From positions 2,290 to 66,289 of the forward strand of contig JADBKE010000006.1 of the NCBI GenBank assembly GCA_014896535.1: DNA of 64,000 bases. Reading direction: 5' to 3'. Shown here piece by piece: positions 48,992 to 58,051 of this stretch; the stretch's first letter is position 1, and each line of letters starts with the position of its first letter. The position numbers and the translations under genes were made by a program. The stretch comes from Candidatus Fermentithermobacillaceae bacterium. Lineage in GTDB: Bacteria > Bacillota > Sulfobacillia > Fermentithermobacillales > DUSS01. Below the pieces are notes generated by a model. The model was not told the DNA's origin, did no database searches, and worked only from the letters and a program-made list of their open reading frames with translations.

Positions 48992-49270
48992 ATGTCCCCG
49001 TTTCGCAGGAGTAACTCGGGCGATGTGGCCCGGGAGCGGCTTCGTGTGGTGCTGATGCAAGACAGGATATCTCTCGCCCCCCATCTGATGGAGAGGATGA
49101 AAGAAGACCTGGTCGACGTGATTTCCCGTTACGTCGACGTGGACAGGGGCAAAATAGAGGTCCAATGGCGACGAGCCGACGGCGAGCCTGCCCTGGTCGC
49201 AAACATTCCCGTGAGATCGGTCAAAAGGAGCGTTGCGTCAAACGATAGAGCTTCCGAGCGGGTACTTTGA
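48992..49270 (+). CDS. minE: Cell division topological specificity factor MinE
   Basis: MSPFRRSNSGDVARERLRVVL... N-terminus typical of MinE. ATG 48992 lies after GGGGGTGGAG. Confidence 0.85.
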   Translation: MSPFRRSNSGDVARERLRVVLMQDRISLAPHLMERMKEDLVDVISRYVDVDRGKIEVQWRRADGEPALVANIPVRSVKRSVASNDRASERVL

Positions 49271-50384
49271 CAGAAGAGTTGTAAAATACCTGGATTACTA
49301 CATCGTGGGCTGCGTACTCGTTCTGTATCTTCTCTCGCTGGCCCTCATAGACAGCGCTACCCGGGACGTCCCAGGTCATTATTACCTCAAAAAGCAGATT
49401 CTTCTCGTAGGTCTCGCCGCCGTGGCTCTCGCAGCCGGCACGTTCATCAACCTCGACGATCTGGTGGGGCTGGGCTGGTACCTGTACGGAGGAACCGTGC
49501 TCATGCTGGCCGCCGTCTTTGTCGTGGGGAAATCGGTTATGGGATCCACCCGCTGGATCTCCCTGGGTGTGTTCGATTTCCAGCCTTCGGAAGTCGCCAA
49601 ACTCACGACGATCTTGTTCCTGGCGCATATGGCCGACAGAAGAGAACGAACTCCCCGAACTTTCTGGGATTTGGTCCTGTTTTATGCCGTCTGCGGTCCG
49701 CCCGCCGTTCTCATCCTTCTCCAGCCGGACCTCGGTACGGCTCTGGTGCTTTTCGCGGTGGCTACGGGATGTTTGTACTTCGCGGGCGCTCCGGAGAAAA
49801 TCCTCGCCAAGTTCCTCGCCGGCGTCGCGGCCGCGGGAGTCTGCCTTCTTTTGCTGCACTTTTACGCCGGGCTCAAGTTGCCCCTGGAGGAGTACCAGAT
49901 CAACAGGATATTGTCGGTCTTCGATCCCCAGCGGGACCCGCTGGGTTCGCGGTATCAGGTCAACCAGTCGATGATCGCCATCGGGTCGGGTACCTGGTGG
50001 GGAAAGGGCCTCGCCAAGGGAACCCAGAACCGGTTGGGCTTCATTCCCGAGCAGCACACGGACTTCATATTCTCCGTAGCTGGCGAAGAGCTGGGTTTCA
50101 TCGGGAGCGTCGCCATACTGAGCTGTTACGGACTCCTTCTGTACCGTTGCATCCTCGCCGCGTCGAGGGCCCCGACGAGAAAGGGGACCATCGTAGCCGG
50201 AGGAGTCTTTTCCATGCTTCTCTTCCACATTTTCGTTAACGTCGGGATGACCATAGGGATCATGCCCGTGACGGGTGTGCCCTTGCCCTTCCTGAGCTAC
50301 GGAGGTTCCGCCCTCATAGTGAACTCATTTGCGATAGGTCTCGTTCTCAACGTGGGTTGGACACGGCAAAAAATACTCTTCTAG
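49233..50384 (+). CDS. rodA: SEDS-family peptidoglycan polymerase RodA
   Basis: FtsW/RodA/SpoVE pattern (FQPSEVAKL, PDLGTALV, IPEQHTDFIFS, VTGVPLPFLSYGGS). The TTG start overlaps minE by 38 nt. Confidence 0.88.
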   Translation: MRQTIELPSGYFDRRVVKYLDYYIVGCVLVLYLLSLALIDSATRDVPGHYYLKKQILLVGLAAVALAAGTFINLDDLVGLGWYLYGGTVLMLAAVFVVGKSVMGSTRWISLGVFDFQPSEVAKLTTILFLAHMADRRERTPRTFWDLVLFYAVCGPPAVLILLQPDLGTALVLFAVATGCLYFAGAPEKILAKFLAGVAAAGVCLLLLHFYAGLKLPLEEYQINRILSVFDPQRDPLGSRYQVNQSMIAIGSGTWWGKGLAKGTQNRLGFIPEQHTDFIFSVAGEELGFIGSVAILSCYGLLLYRCILAASRAPTRKGTIVAGGVFSMLLFHIFVNVGMTIGIMPVTGVPLPFLSYGGSALIVNSFAIGLVLNVGWTRQKILF

Positions 50385-50443
50385 CAACCTTCGCATTGGG
50401 TTCGGGCGGGCGGAGTATCGCTTGACAAGGGAGGGAGCGCTCG

Positions 50444-50884
50444 GTGAAGGAAACCGGAAAGGTGGTTGGTTTCAGAGACGGACTGGTCGAGGTGGAGGTC
50501 AGACGTACCGACCAGTGCGGCCGGTGCGGCAGGTGCAGTCACTTCTCTTTCGCGGAGCCCACTCTAATCGTGGAGGCAAAACCTGCCGGCACCCTGCAAG
50601 TTGGAGACATCGTGGAGCTCGAGCTCCGAGACAGAGATTTCTTAACCCTCAGCTTCCTCATGTATGTAATGCCCTTGCTTGGAGCGGCAGCGGCCGGACT
50701 GGCGGGATACGCTCTGGGAGCCCTGTTAGGAAAACCTGGGTTCCTGGCGGGTCTTTTTGCCGTTCTGGGGTTGGGTTTCTCCTTGGGTGGTATCGTCGCC
50801 ATAGACAGAAAGTCCAGGAAAGAGGGCCGGTTCCTGCCCGTCGCCAGGCCTCTCACGTTCCCCGAAGACCGGGACTTCGAGTGA
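50444..50884 (+). CDS. RseC/MucC-family (SoxR-reducing system) small membrane protein
   Basis: N-terminal barrel with CGRCGRC, then two TM helices. GTG start. Family assigned from memory of the RseC_MucC pattern. Confidence 0.6.
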   Translation: MKETGKVVGFRDGLVEVEVRRTDQCGRCGRCSHFSFAEPTLIVEAKPAGTLQVGDIVELELRDRDFLTLSFLMYVMPLLGAAAAGLAGYALGALLGKPGFLAGLFAVLGLGFSLGGIVAIDRKSRKEGRFLPVARPLTFPEDRDFE

Positions 50885-52540
50885 TGCCCCGGCCTGTTCC
50901 GGGAGCTTCGGCATATATCCTTCGTCTACCAGTGCTCTTGATACCTCAGCCCGGGCTCGTCTGTCGATCCTGAGACAGAGAGGACCAAGACGCTCGATCA
51001 CGTACGGCTGAAGCTTCCTGGAAACCGAAAGTTCGTCCGCCAGCTCGGGACTGTCGCATTTGATAATGAGGGCGTCGATGAGCTCGACCCGCCCGTAGGC
51101 ACGCGCCCAATGTGCTATGCTGTACGCGACGTTCTGGGGCAAGGGCGACCTCGAATGCGCCTGAAGAAAACGCACCACGGAAGCGGGGCTGATCCCATGC
51201 TGGACGGCCCGGTATACCGACGTGCGACTCAGTTTGAATATCATCATTTGATCGGCCCGGACCAGGTCCGCCACAAAATCGATATCCCACAGCACCGCCG
51301 GGTGAACGCCGGACGGCACCATCACCTCGAAATTGGGCTCGACGTAGATGTTGTCTTCGAAGTTTTCTTCGGGCCAGGGGCCGAAACCCACGAGAGCTCT
51401 CCCTAGGGGAGTCACTCTGACCGAAGTGCCACCGAAACTCCTCGACACGTCCAGGATGCCTAGATACTCCAGGTCGCCCACGAGGTTTCTCTCGGCTCTG
51501 AGGTTGAATGCGCCGGGGGTGTGGCTTAAGGTAAGGTGTTCCATCTGTTGCAATAGCTTCTCCAGGGAAAGCCACGAGCCTTCCGGAGATCGCACCATGA
51601 TCCAGAACAGCGTGGTGAGGTCCGCATCGTGAGACAAAAACGTTTGCATCCAGTAGTCAAACAGATCCTTGCGCAGGACCCTCACGTCTTGACTCACCCA
51701 CTCGACCGCTTTTGCCCCCAGGACCATCATTCCGCCTTCCTCTTTGACCAGGGCCCGGGATTTGGCGAAGAACACGATGAAGGCAAGACGCGGAGGATAC
51801 CTTACGGGAATCAGGGCATCGTCTGCGGTTTCGTCCTGCCCCAGGAATAGTTGCATTTCCTGCTGGGTTTTCTTGAACAGAGTGCCGTTCTGGGTGAGCT
51901 TGCACTTGTTCTTTCGTACGTACGATAAAAACAAGACAACGTGTCTGAGACAAGCATTGGGATCGGAAAAACGACGGGGTCCACCCGGCGGATCGGGTTG
52001 AACCGCCTCGGCATATAACTTTTCCAGAAACCACGTAGCCAGCAGCGACCTCAGATCCTCCGGCACGTAGTAGGCCTGGCGGTAACCCTGCTTTTCTATG
52101 AAAACGAGTCCCCGCTTGATAAGTCCCTCGACCACTCTGGCACCGTTTCGGCGCCACTTTCTGGAGATCTGATTGAGCCGCTGATGGCACTGTTCCATTA
52201 CAACACCTGCTCCGTTCCGGCTGAGGGTGATCAATCTCGCAGCTGTAAGCTCTTCGTCGTCGAGTCCCTTTAATACGACAATAAGGTTGGCCGGGACAAG
52301 CAGGTGTCTTGCGATTTCCATGGCCAGTTCGGATGAACTCTGGCCGGCCGTGCGGGTCCCGCGGCGTACGTGAGGGGCACCGGGCAGGTCTGACCCCTTC
52401 GGCTCTGGCAGAGCGTCTTGGGATTCACCGGGCACTGTCAGACCGTAGAAAGCCGCGATTTCCCGCAGCCTCTCGGCGGGTAGAGAAGAAAGTGCCTCAT
52501 ACAAGTTCAAACGGGTATCACCTCCCCGCGCCGTTTCCAC
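50726..52540 (-). CDS. Helicase-associated protein, partner of the XPB-type helicase (carries a copy of the helicase N-terminal domain)
   Basis: 604 aa, starts 4 nt after the helicase stop. It has no NTPase motifs. Residues ~400-520 (...ADLVRADQMMIFKLSRTSVYRAVQHGISPASVVRFLQAHSRSPLPQNVAYSIAHWARAYG) align by eye with the helicase N-domain. The last ~55 aa are antisense to rseC. Confidence 0.65.
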   Translation of the reverse strand: METARGGDTRLNLYEALSSLPAERLREIAAFYGLTVPGESQDALPEPKGSDLPGAPHVRRGTRTAGQSSSELAMEIARHLLVPANLIVVLKGLDDEELTAARLITLSRNGAGVVMEQCHQRLNQISRKWRRNGARVVEGLIKRGLVFIEKQGYRQAYYVPEDLRSLLATWFLEKLYAEAVQPDPPGGPRRFSDPNACLRHVVLFLSYVRKNKCKLTQNGTLFKKTQQEMQLFLGQDETADDALIPVRYPPRLAFIVFFAKSRALVKEEGGMMVLGAKAVEWVSQDVRVLRKDLFDYWMQTFLSHDADLTTLFWIMVRSPEGSWLSLEKLLQQMEHLTLSHTPGAFNLRAERNLVGDLEYLGILDVSRSFGGTSVRVTPLGRALVGFGPWPEENFEDNIYVEPNFEVMVPSGVHPAVLWDIDFVADLVRADQMMIFKLSRTSVYRAVQHGISPASVVRFLQAHSRSPLPQNVAYSIAHWARAYGRVELIDALIIKCDSPELADELSVSRKLQPYVIERLGPLCLRIDRRARAEVSRALVDEGYMPKLPEQAGASLEVPVFGERERPGDGQEPALFPGLSVYGDDTTQGETQPQNGKKTRQEPRFS

Positions 52541-52544
52541 CCAT

Positions 52545-54323
52545 TTACGTCAAGGCGCCCGACTCGTCAAGTGCGCCTGATGCGTTTCCGGCGGAAGCTT
52601 TTGCGATGGCCCGGATAAAGGCATCTTCTTCCCAGATCGTGTATCTGTAGCCCTGCTCCGTCAGGAAGAGCTGTCTGTGCTGGGCGAAGAGCTGCTCCTT
52701 CGTGTTCCGCGACACGATGGAGTAAAAGCGCGCCGGTCGTCCCGACTGCTTTGGTCTCAATATTCGTCCCAGGCGCTGCGCTTCTTCCTGCCGCGAACCA
52801 AACGTTCCGGAAATCTGAATAGCTACGCTTGCCTCGGGGATATCCACGGCGAAGTTGGCTATTTTCGAAGCCACTAGCACCTTCAGCTGGCCCCGTCTGA
52901 AGGCATCGTAAAGCGCTTGCCGCTCCGAATTGGGGGTGTGGCCCGAAACGAACGGGGCGCCCAGCATCGCGGCGACCTCCGCAAGCTGTTCGATGTACTG
53001 GCCGATGATGAGAATCCTTTCGTCCCGAAGGCTTTCCACTATCGCCCTCACTATCGGCAACTTGCGACGATTTACCGCCGCCACTCCGTACTTTTCTTTT
53101 TCGGAAGCCAGCGCGTACCTGAGCCTGTCATCTTGATCGAGGTCGACCCTGATTTCGTGACATTCTGCCTGGGCGATCCAGCTCTCGGCCTCCAGTTCCT
53201 TCCATGGCTTATCGAATTTCTTCGGACCTATGAGAGAAAACACGTCGTCCTCTCTGCCGTCTTCCCTGAGAAGGGTGGCTGTCAGACCCAGTCTCCTCTT
53301 TGCCTGAAGATCCGCCGTTATCCGGAACACGGGGGCCGGCAGGAGGTGTACCTCGTCGTAGATGATAAGTCCCCAGTTCCGTTCGTTGAATATGGAGAAA
53401 TGAGGGTACCCGGCGGTGCCTCTCTTTCTGTAAGTGAGCATCTGGTAGGTGGTGACCGTCACCGGCGCCAGCTCCTTCTTTTCGCCGCTGTACTCGCCGA
53501 TCTGGTCTTCGCGGAGCTCTGTCTTGTCCAGAATCTCATCTATCCACTGACGCAAGGCTACCACGTTGGTGGTAAGGATGAGAGTCTGAGTACATAGTTT
53601 GGCCATTACGTCGAGCCCCACCACGGTTTTGCCCGCGCCACAGGGGAGTACGATTACCCCGCTGCCTCCGGTGGCGCGTCCGCCCGCGTAAAACGCGTTG
53701 GAGGCTTCAATCTGATAGGGGCGCAGAGAAAACGGGAGTCCGCGTCTGGTAACCTTTCGAAGGCGGATCTCGAGAGGGTCGCCATCCACGTAACCGGCCA
53801 GATCTTCGGCGGGATATCCCATCTTGATGAGAGCTTGCTTAACGAAACCCCTGGAATTGGGCTTGAGGATGACGGCATTCTCCCTGTGTTTCGCCTCGAT
53901 GTAAGGGGTGAGTCTGTCGCTGGACGTGACTTCCAGGAACACCATGGGGTCTTTCGAGGAAAGGACGAGATTCCCATCTTCCATGTATATCGTGAGAATC
54001 CCGTATCTCGCCGTGGTAGTTCGAATCATCTGCTTTACGTTCTCAGGGACGGCGTATCTCGAGAATGCCTCCAGGTCGCGGATTATCTCTTCCGCACCAA
54101 GGCCGCAAGCGGCTGCGTTCCAGAGGGATAGAGGCGAGATCCTGTAAGTGTACATGTGCTCGGGACTCTTCACCAGGTCGGAAAACCTCATGAAACAGTC
54201 CCTGGCTTTCTCGAAGAGAGGGTTATGGACCTCGAGAAAGATGGTCCCGTCGCTCTGGACAATCGCTGGAAGAGGTGAAGCCAAACACATTCCTCCCGCT
54301 GACTTCCTTTGTGGATGCTCCAA
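52545..54323 (-). CDS. XPB/Rad25 (ERCC3)-type SF2 DNA helicase
   Basis: Walker A LPCGAGKT, DEVH (IIYDEVHLL), RED motif (LGLTATLLREDGRE), helicase C-domain, and an N-terminal ~130-aa damage-recognition-like domain. Confidence 0.85.
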   Translation of the reverse strand: MEHPQRKSAGGMCLASPLPAIVQSDGTIFLEVHNPLFEKARDCFMRFSDLVKSPEHMYTYRISPLSLWNAAACGLGAEEIIRDLEAFSRYAVPENVKQMIRTTTARYGILTIYMEDGNLVLSSKDPMVFLEVTSSDRLTPYIEAKHRENAVILKPNSRGFVKQALIKMGYPAEDLAGYVDGDPLEIRLRKVTRRGLPFSLRPYQIEASNAFYAGGRATGGSGVIVLPCGAGKTVVGLDVMAKLCTQTLILTTNVVALRQWIDEILDKTELREDQIGEYSGEKKELAPVTVTTYQMLTYRKRGTAGYPHFSIFNERNWGLIIYDEVHLLPAPVFRITADLQAKRRLGLTATLLREDGREDDVFSLIGPKKFDKPWKELEAESWIAQAECHEIRVDLDQDDRLRYALASEKEKYGVAAVNRRKLPIVRAIVESLRDERILIIGQYIEQLAEVAAMLGAPFVSGHTPNSERQALYDAFRRGQLKVLVASKIANFAVDIPEASVAIQISGTFGSRQEEAQRLGRILRPKQSGRPARFYSIVSRNTKEQLFAQHRQLFLTEQGYRYTIWEEDAFIRAIAKASAGNASGALDESGALT

Positions 54324-54429
54324 CCAGCCCGGACCGGCGCCGCTTTGAGGATTAGCGTTGTCCTGCGCCGCTTCGAAAAATCGCCTTAAATTCAGGATAG
54401 TTCGTCGTTGGTCTTAAAAAGTCCTGTTT

Positions 54430-54458
54430 TTCGACAAATACTTCGTAATACGTAAGAT
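54430..54458 (+). promoter_or_regulatory. Weak candidate promoter for tldD2 (TTCGAC-N17-TAAGAT)
   Basis: Lies in the AT-rich 212-nt divergent intergenic region. Hexamers at 54430-54435 and 54453-54458. Confidence 0.3.
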
Positions 54459-54535
54459 TCGAGCTTGATGAGAAGGAATGGCGTGAGCCGAAGAGAATAA
54501 TACGCTTATCCGGCCATCTGAAGGAGGTGTTAAGG

Positions 54536-55984
54536 GTGAAAGAACTGACCAAAAAGGCCCTGGATGTTGTAAAAGAGATGGGAGCATCTTACGGGGATAT
54601 CCGGATCGTCGAGACCAGGACGCAAACGATCAGGACGAGAAACGGAAACGTGGACGCCCTCAGCTCAACGCGGTCGAAGGGCTTCGGGATCCGAGTTCTT
54701 TACGACGGCGCGTGGGGGTTTTCGTCCAGCTCCACTCTCACCGAGGATGAGGTCGTCAGGGTCGCAAAGGAAGCGGTGGAGATAGCGAGAGCCTCGGCCT
54801 CAGTCAAAAGGGATAAAGACGTGGTTCTGTCTCCCGTGAAGCCGGTGGTATCGAAGTGGACATCGCCGGTGAAGATCGACCCGTTTTCGGTGAAGACCGA
54901 GGATAAGATCGCCCTCTTGCTGGAAGCTGACAGGCTCATGGCGGACCGCAAAGAAGTGAAGGTGCGCATAGGAAGCATGGCATGCCAGCGCGAGGACAAG
55001 ATATTCGCGTCCACCGAGGGCAGCTACATTGAGCAAACCAAGATCGAAACGGGAGCTGGCATTGAAGCCACCGCGGCCGACCGTGGGGAACTTCAACGTC
55101 GTTCGTACCCGACTTCGTTCGGAGGGAACTGGGCTACGGCTGGGTACGAGATAGTCGAAAAGATGCGACTTCTGGACCACGCCGAGAGGGTAGCCCGGGA
55201 AGCGGTGGAACTTCTTACCGCCAAGCAGTGCCCGAGCGGAGTGATGGACATCATCATAGAGTCGAGCCAGCTCGCTCTCCAGATCCACGAATCCTGCGGC
55301 CACCCCATTGAACTCGACCGGGTGTTAGGGCAGGAGGCGAGTTACGCCGGAACGAGTTTTCTCACTCCTGAAAAGCTCGGTACTTTCCAGTATGGATCGG
55401 AAGAAGTTACCATAACCGCCGACGCCACTCTGCCCGGAGGTCTCGGGAGCTTCGGCTTCGATGACGAAGGTGTTCCGGCTCAGCGCGTGACCATTGTCGA
55501 TAAGGGCATCTTCAAAAACTACCTCACGTCGCGGGAAACGGCCCACGAACTGGGTCAGGTGTCCAACGGCGCGATGAGGGCCGACGGATGGAACAGGATA
55601 CCGATTATCCGGATGACAAACATAAGCCTCGAGCCGGGTGACTGGACCCTCGACGAGATGATAAAGGACACGAAAGAGGGGATTCTGGTAGCCACGAACA
55701 AGTCCTGGTCCATCGACGACAAACGCCTCAACTTCCAGTTCGGGACCGAGATAGCTTGGGAAATCAAAGACGGCTCCCTCGGTGCCATGCTCAAAAATCC
55801 GACGTATACGGGGATCACTTACGAGTTTTGGCGTTCCTGCGACGCCGTCGCCGGGAAAGACGAGTGGGAGCTCTGGGGGGTTCCCAACTGCGGCAAGGGC
55901 GAACCGGGACAGGTCGCGCACGTCGGGCACGGTGCAAGCCCGGCCAGATTCCGTCGGGTTAAGGTGGGTGTGGGCAAATGGTAG
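54536..55984 (+). CDS. tldD: TldD-family metalloprotease (pair 2)
   Basis: HESCGHPIELD (HExxxH), GGNWATAGYE..., C-terminal GxCGKG...PxxRF. GTG 54536 lies 8 nt after AAGGAGG. Confidence 0.85.
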   Translation: MKELTKKALDVVKEMGASYGDIRIVETRTQTIRTRNGNVDALSSTRSKGFGIRVLYDGAWGFSSSSTLTEDEVVRVAKEAVEIARASASVKRDKDVVLSPVKPVVSKWTSPVKIDPFSVKTEDKIALLLEADRLMADRKEVKVRIGSMACQREDKIFASTEGSYIEQTKIETGAGIEATAADRGELQRRSYPTSFGGNWATAGYEIVEKMRLLDHAERVAREAVELLTAKQCPSGVMDIIIESSQLALQIHESCGHPIELDRVLGQEASYAGTSFLTPEKLGTFQYGSEEVTITADATLPGGLGSFGFDDEGVPAQRVTIVDKGIFKNYLTSRETAHELGQVSNGAMRADGWNRIPIIRMTNISLEPGDWTLDEMIKDTKEGILVATNKSWSIDDKRLNFQFGTEIAWEIKDGSLGAMLKNPTYTGITYEFWRSCDAVAGKDEWELWGVPNCGKGEPGQVAHVGHGASPARFRRVKVGVGKW

Positions 55985-57312
55985 ACAAAAAGCTGTTGGG
56001 AAGGGAAAACGCCCTCGACGTGATCGACAAAGTGATCCGGTGGTCGCCGGGGGACCTCACCGAGGTAATCCTGAGGTCGGAGTTTACGGCTCTGACCCGC
56101 TTTACCAAGAACTACATCCATCAGAACGTGGCCGAGAGCGACTACAGAGTGACGGTCAGGGTGATTTTTGGGAAGAAGATAGGTTCGGTTACCACGAACT
56201 CCGTGGATGATGACTCCCTGAAACAAGCCATCGAGGACGCAGCGGCCATCGCCAGGCTCCAGCCTCCCAACGAAGATTTCGAGGGACTTCCCGAACCGGA
56301 GCCCCTGCCGGACGTGAATTGCTTTGTTCCCGAAACAGCCTCGTTTTCGGCCAAAGACAGGGCGGCGGCGGTGAAGGAAATCGTAGAAATCGCGAAGGAG
56401 CGCGGGTTTGAAGCTTCCGGCGCGTTTTCCACCGGAAGTGCCGAACTCGCCGTGGGCAACTCCAGAGGTGTGAGGGCCTACAACGCCTCCACGTACGCAG
56501 CTTTGAGCACCGTAATGGCGGGGGAAGACGGGACGGGTTATGCCGAAGCGTCGGGGCGGGATGTCCGGGAACTCCGTCCCGCAGAGGTCGCCAGAGTGGC
56601 CCGGGCCAAGTGCGAGATGGCCCAAAACCCCGTGTCGGTGCCTCCCGGCGAATATGAAGTGGTTCTCGAGCCCCTCGCCGTAGCGGACTTGCTGGACTAC
56701 CTGGGCAGGGCCGGATTTTCGGCTCTGGCGGTGCGGGAGGGTAGAAGCTTCCTTACGGGGAAACTCGGGCAGAAGCTGTTCGACGAGAAGTTCAACATGT
56801 GGGATGATGGGCTTGATCCCCGGGGATTCCCCGTCCCGTTTGATCTGGAGGGCGTTCCCAAGCGAAAAGTCGTGCTGGTGGAAAACGGCGTAGCTAAAGA
56901 GCTCGTGTATGACTACGCCACGGCGAAGAAGGAAGGCAAAAAGTCCACGGGCCACGGCGGCTTCAGGGGATGGGGACCCATGCCGACAAACCTTTTCATG
57001 GGCGAGGGTACCGCCACCCTTGAAGAGATGATCCGCGCAACGAAACGGGGCATTCTCGTGACGAGGTTCCACTACACGAACATGGCTCACCCCTTGAAGG
57101 TGTTGATTACGGGGATGACCAGGGACGGCACTTTCCTGATAGAAGATGGGCACATTACAAAAGCCGTCAAGAATTTCCGGTTCACCGAGAGCGCTTTGAG
57201 AGTGTTCTCAACCCTGGATATGATAGGTCGGGAAGCGGTAAGAGTGGAACGAACGGTCGTCCCGGCTATCAGAGTTCCCGCTTTCAACTTCACAGGGGTA
57301 ACCGAGTTCTGA
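55978..57312 (+). CDS. pmbA: PmbA/TldE-family protein (pair 2)
   Basis: 444 aa, with an ATG overlapping the tldD2 stop region. TldE-like without HExxxH (...RGILVTRFHYTN...). Confidence 0.8.
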   Translation: MVDKKLLGRENALDVIDKVIRWSPGDLTEVILRSEFTALTRFTKNYIHQNVAESDYRVTVRVIFGKKIGSVTTNSVDDDSLKQAIEDAAAIARLQPPNEDFEGLPEPEPLPDVNCFVPETASFSAKDRAAAVKEIVEIAKERGFEASGAFSTGSAELAVGNSRGVRAYNASTYAALSTVMAGEDGTGYAEASGRDVRELRPAEVARVARAKCEMAQNPVSVPPGEYEVVLEPLAVADLLDYLGRAGFSALAVREGRSFLTGKLGQKLFDEKFNMWDDGLDPRGFPVPFDLEGVPKRKVVLVENGVAKELVYDYATAKKEGKKSTGHGGFRGWGPMPTNLFMGEGTATLEEMIRATKRGILVTRFHYTNMAHPLKVLITGMTRDGTFLIEDGHITKAVKNFRFTESALRVFSTLDMIGREAVRVERTVVPAIRVPAFNFTGVTEF

Positions 57313-57342
57313 GCGTGCCCCGGGGATTGCCTACAGGTTCGG

Positions 57343-57371
57343 TTGACCTTGCGCTTGAACGGATGTAAAAT
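57343..57371 (+). promoter_or_regulatory. Sigma-A-type promoter of rpsU (TTGACC-N17-TAAAAT)
   Basis: -35 at 57343-57348 and -10 at 57366-57371, about 50 nt upstream of the rpsU start. Confidence 0.55.
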
Positions 57372-57419
57372 TGCCATTGTTCGAGGGTGAAAACTGCGGC
57401 GGAGGGAGGGATTCGGGAG

Positions 57420-57599
57420 TTGCCGGAGGTAAAGGTAGACAAGAACGAACCGTTCGACAAGGCCCTGCGCCGCTTCAAACGGGAATGCCAGAAAGAGGGT
57501 ATTCTAGCCGAGCTGCGGAAGAGGGAGCACTACGAAAGTCCCAGCGTAAAGCGGAAGAAGAAGTCGCAGGCGGCAAGAAGGAGAAGATACCGGACCTAA
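57420..57599 (+). CDS. rpsU: 30S ribosomal protein S21
   Basis: (M)[50 protein letters not shown] 57420 lies 9 nt after GGAGGGAGGG and gives the canonical ~59-aa length. Confidence 0.85.
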   Translation: MPEVKVDKNEPFDKALRRFKRECQKEGILAELRKREHYESPSVKRKKKSQAARRRRYRT

Positions 57600-57617
57600 C
57601 GTCGTTCGGTTTTCGCG

Positions 57618-57652
57618 GCGGCCCGGTGAACATACCGGGCCGCTTTCGATTT
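57618..57652 (+). terminator. Intrinsic terminator after rpsU
   Basis: GCGGCCCGG-TGAACATA-CCGGGCCGC hairpin followed by TTTCGATTT. Confidence 0.7.
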
Positions 57653-57772
57653 GCCTCACATCACCCGCCCCCTGCCTCATGTGCCTCCTTAACCGGGGTC
57701 TCTGGCTGACTGCCAGCCGGTTTCGTCTCATAAAATTCATCGGGATGTGCCTATGCGAAGGAGGCTTTTTCC

Positions 57773-58051
57773 TTGCGTTCTAAGATGAAGGAGCTTCACA
57801 AAGCGATGGCTGAAAGCCTCGGGCTCCCCCTCGACCTCGCCCTGGACCTCCCGCGGGTGATCGTGGTGGGCGCCGTACAGGTCATCATACTCAATCACAG
57901 AGGTCTCATACAGTACAGCAAAACAAAGCTGGTCGCCGGAGTAGGGGGCGGCCAGGTGGTCGTGGACGGGGAAGGTTTGGAGATAGAGGAGATCGGCCCG
58001 GAAGACATGGCCGTAAAAGGTGTTATCCGTTCCGTACACATGGAGGCTTAA
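57773..58051 (+). CDS. yqfC: Sporulation protein YqfC (YabP family)
   Basis: LPLDLALDLPRVIVVG...ILNHRGLIQYS...VVDGEGLEIEEIGPEDMAVKGVI. TTG lies 8 nt after AAGGAGG. Position upstream of yqfD matches Bacillus. Confidence 0.8.
   Translation: MRSKMKELHKAMAESLGLPLDLALDLPRVIVVGAVQVIILNHRGLIQYSKTKLVAGVGGGQVVVDGEGLEIEEIGPEDMAVKGVIRSVHMEA

Noticed and set aside
55819-57153. 444-aa minus-strand ORF opposite pmbA (pair 2)
   Set aside because: Antisense shadow of a conserved gene, with Arg/Pro/Gly-rich junk composition. The same reasoning applies to 33144..34352 (opposite folC), 21740..22759 (opposite clpX), 42776..43813 (opposite mreB), 48140..49165 (opposite minD/minE), 49221..50228 (opposite rodA), 59576..60397 (opposite phoH) and 36669..37571 (opposite rnfC/D).
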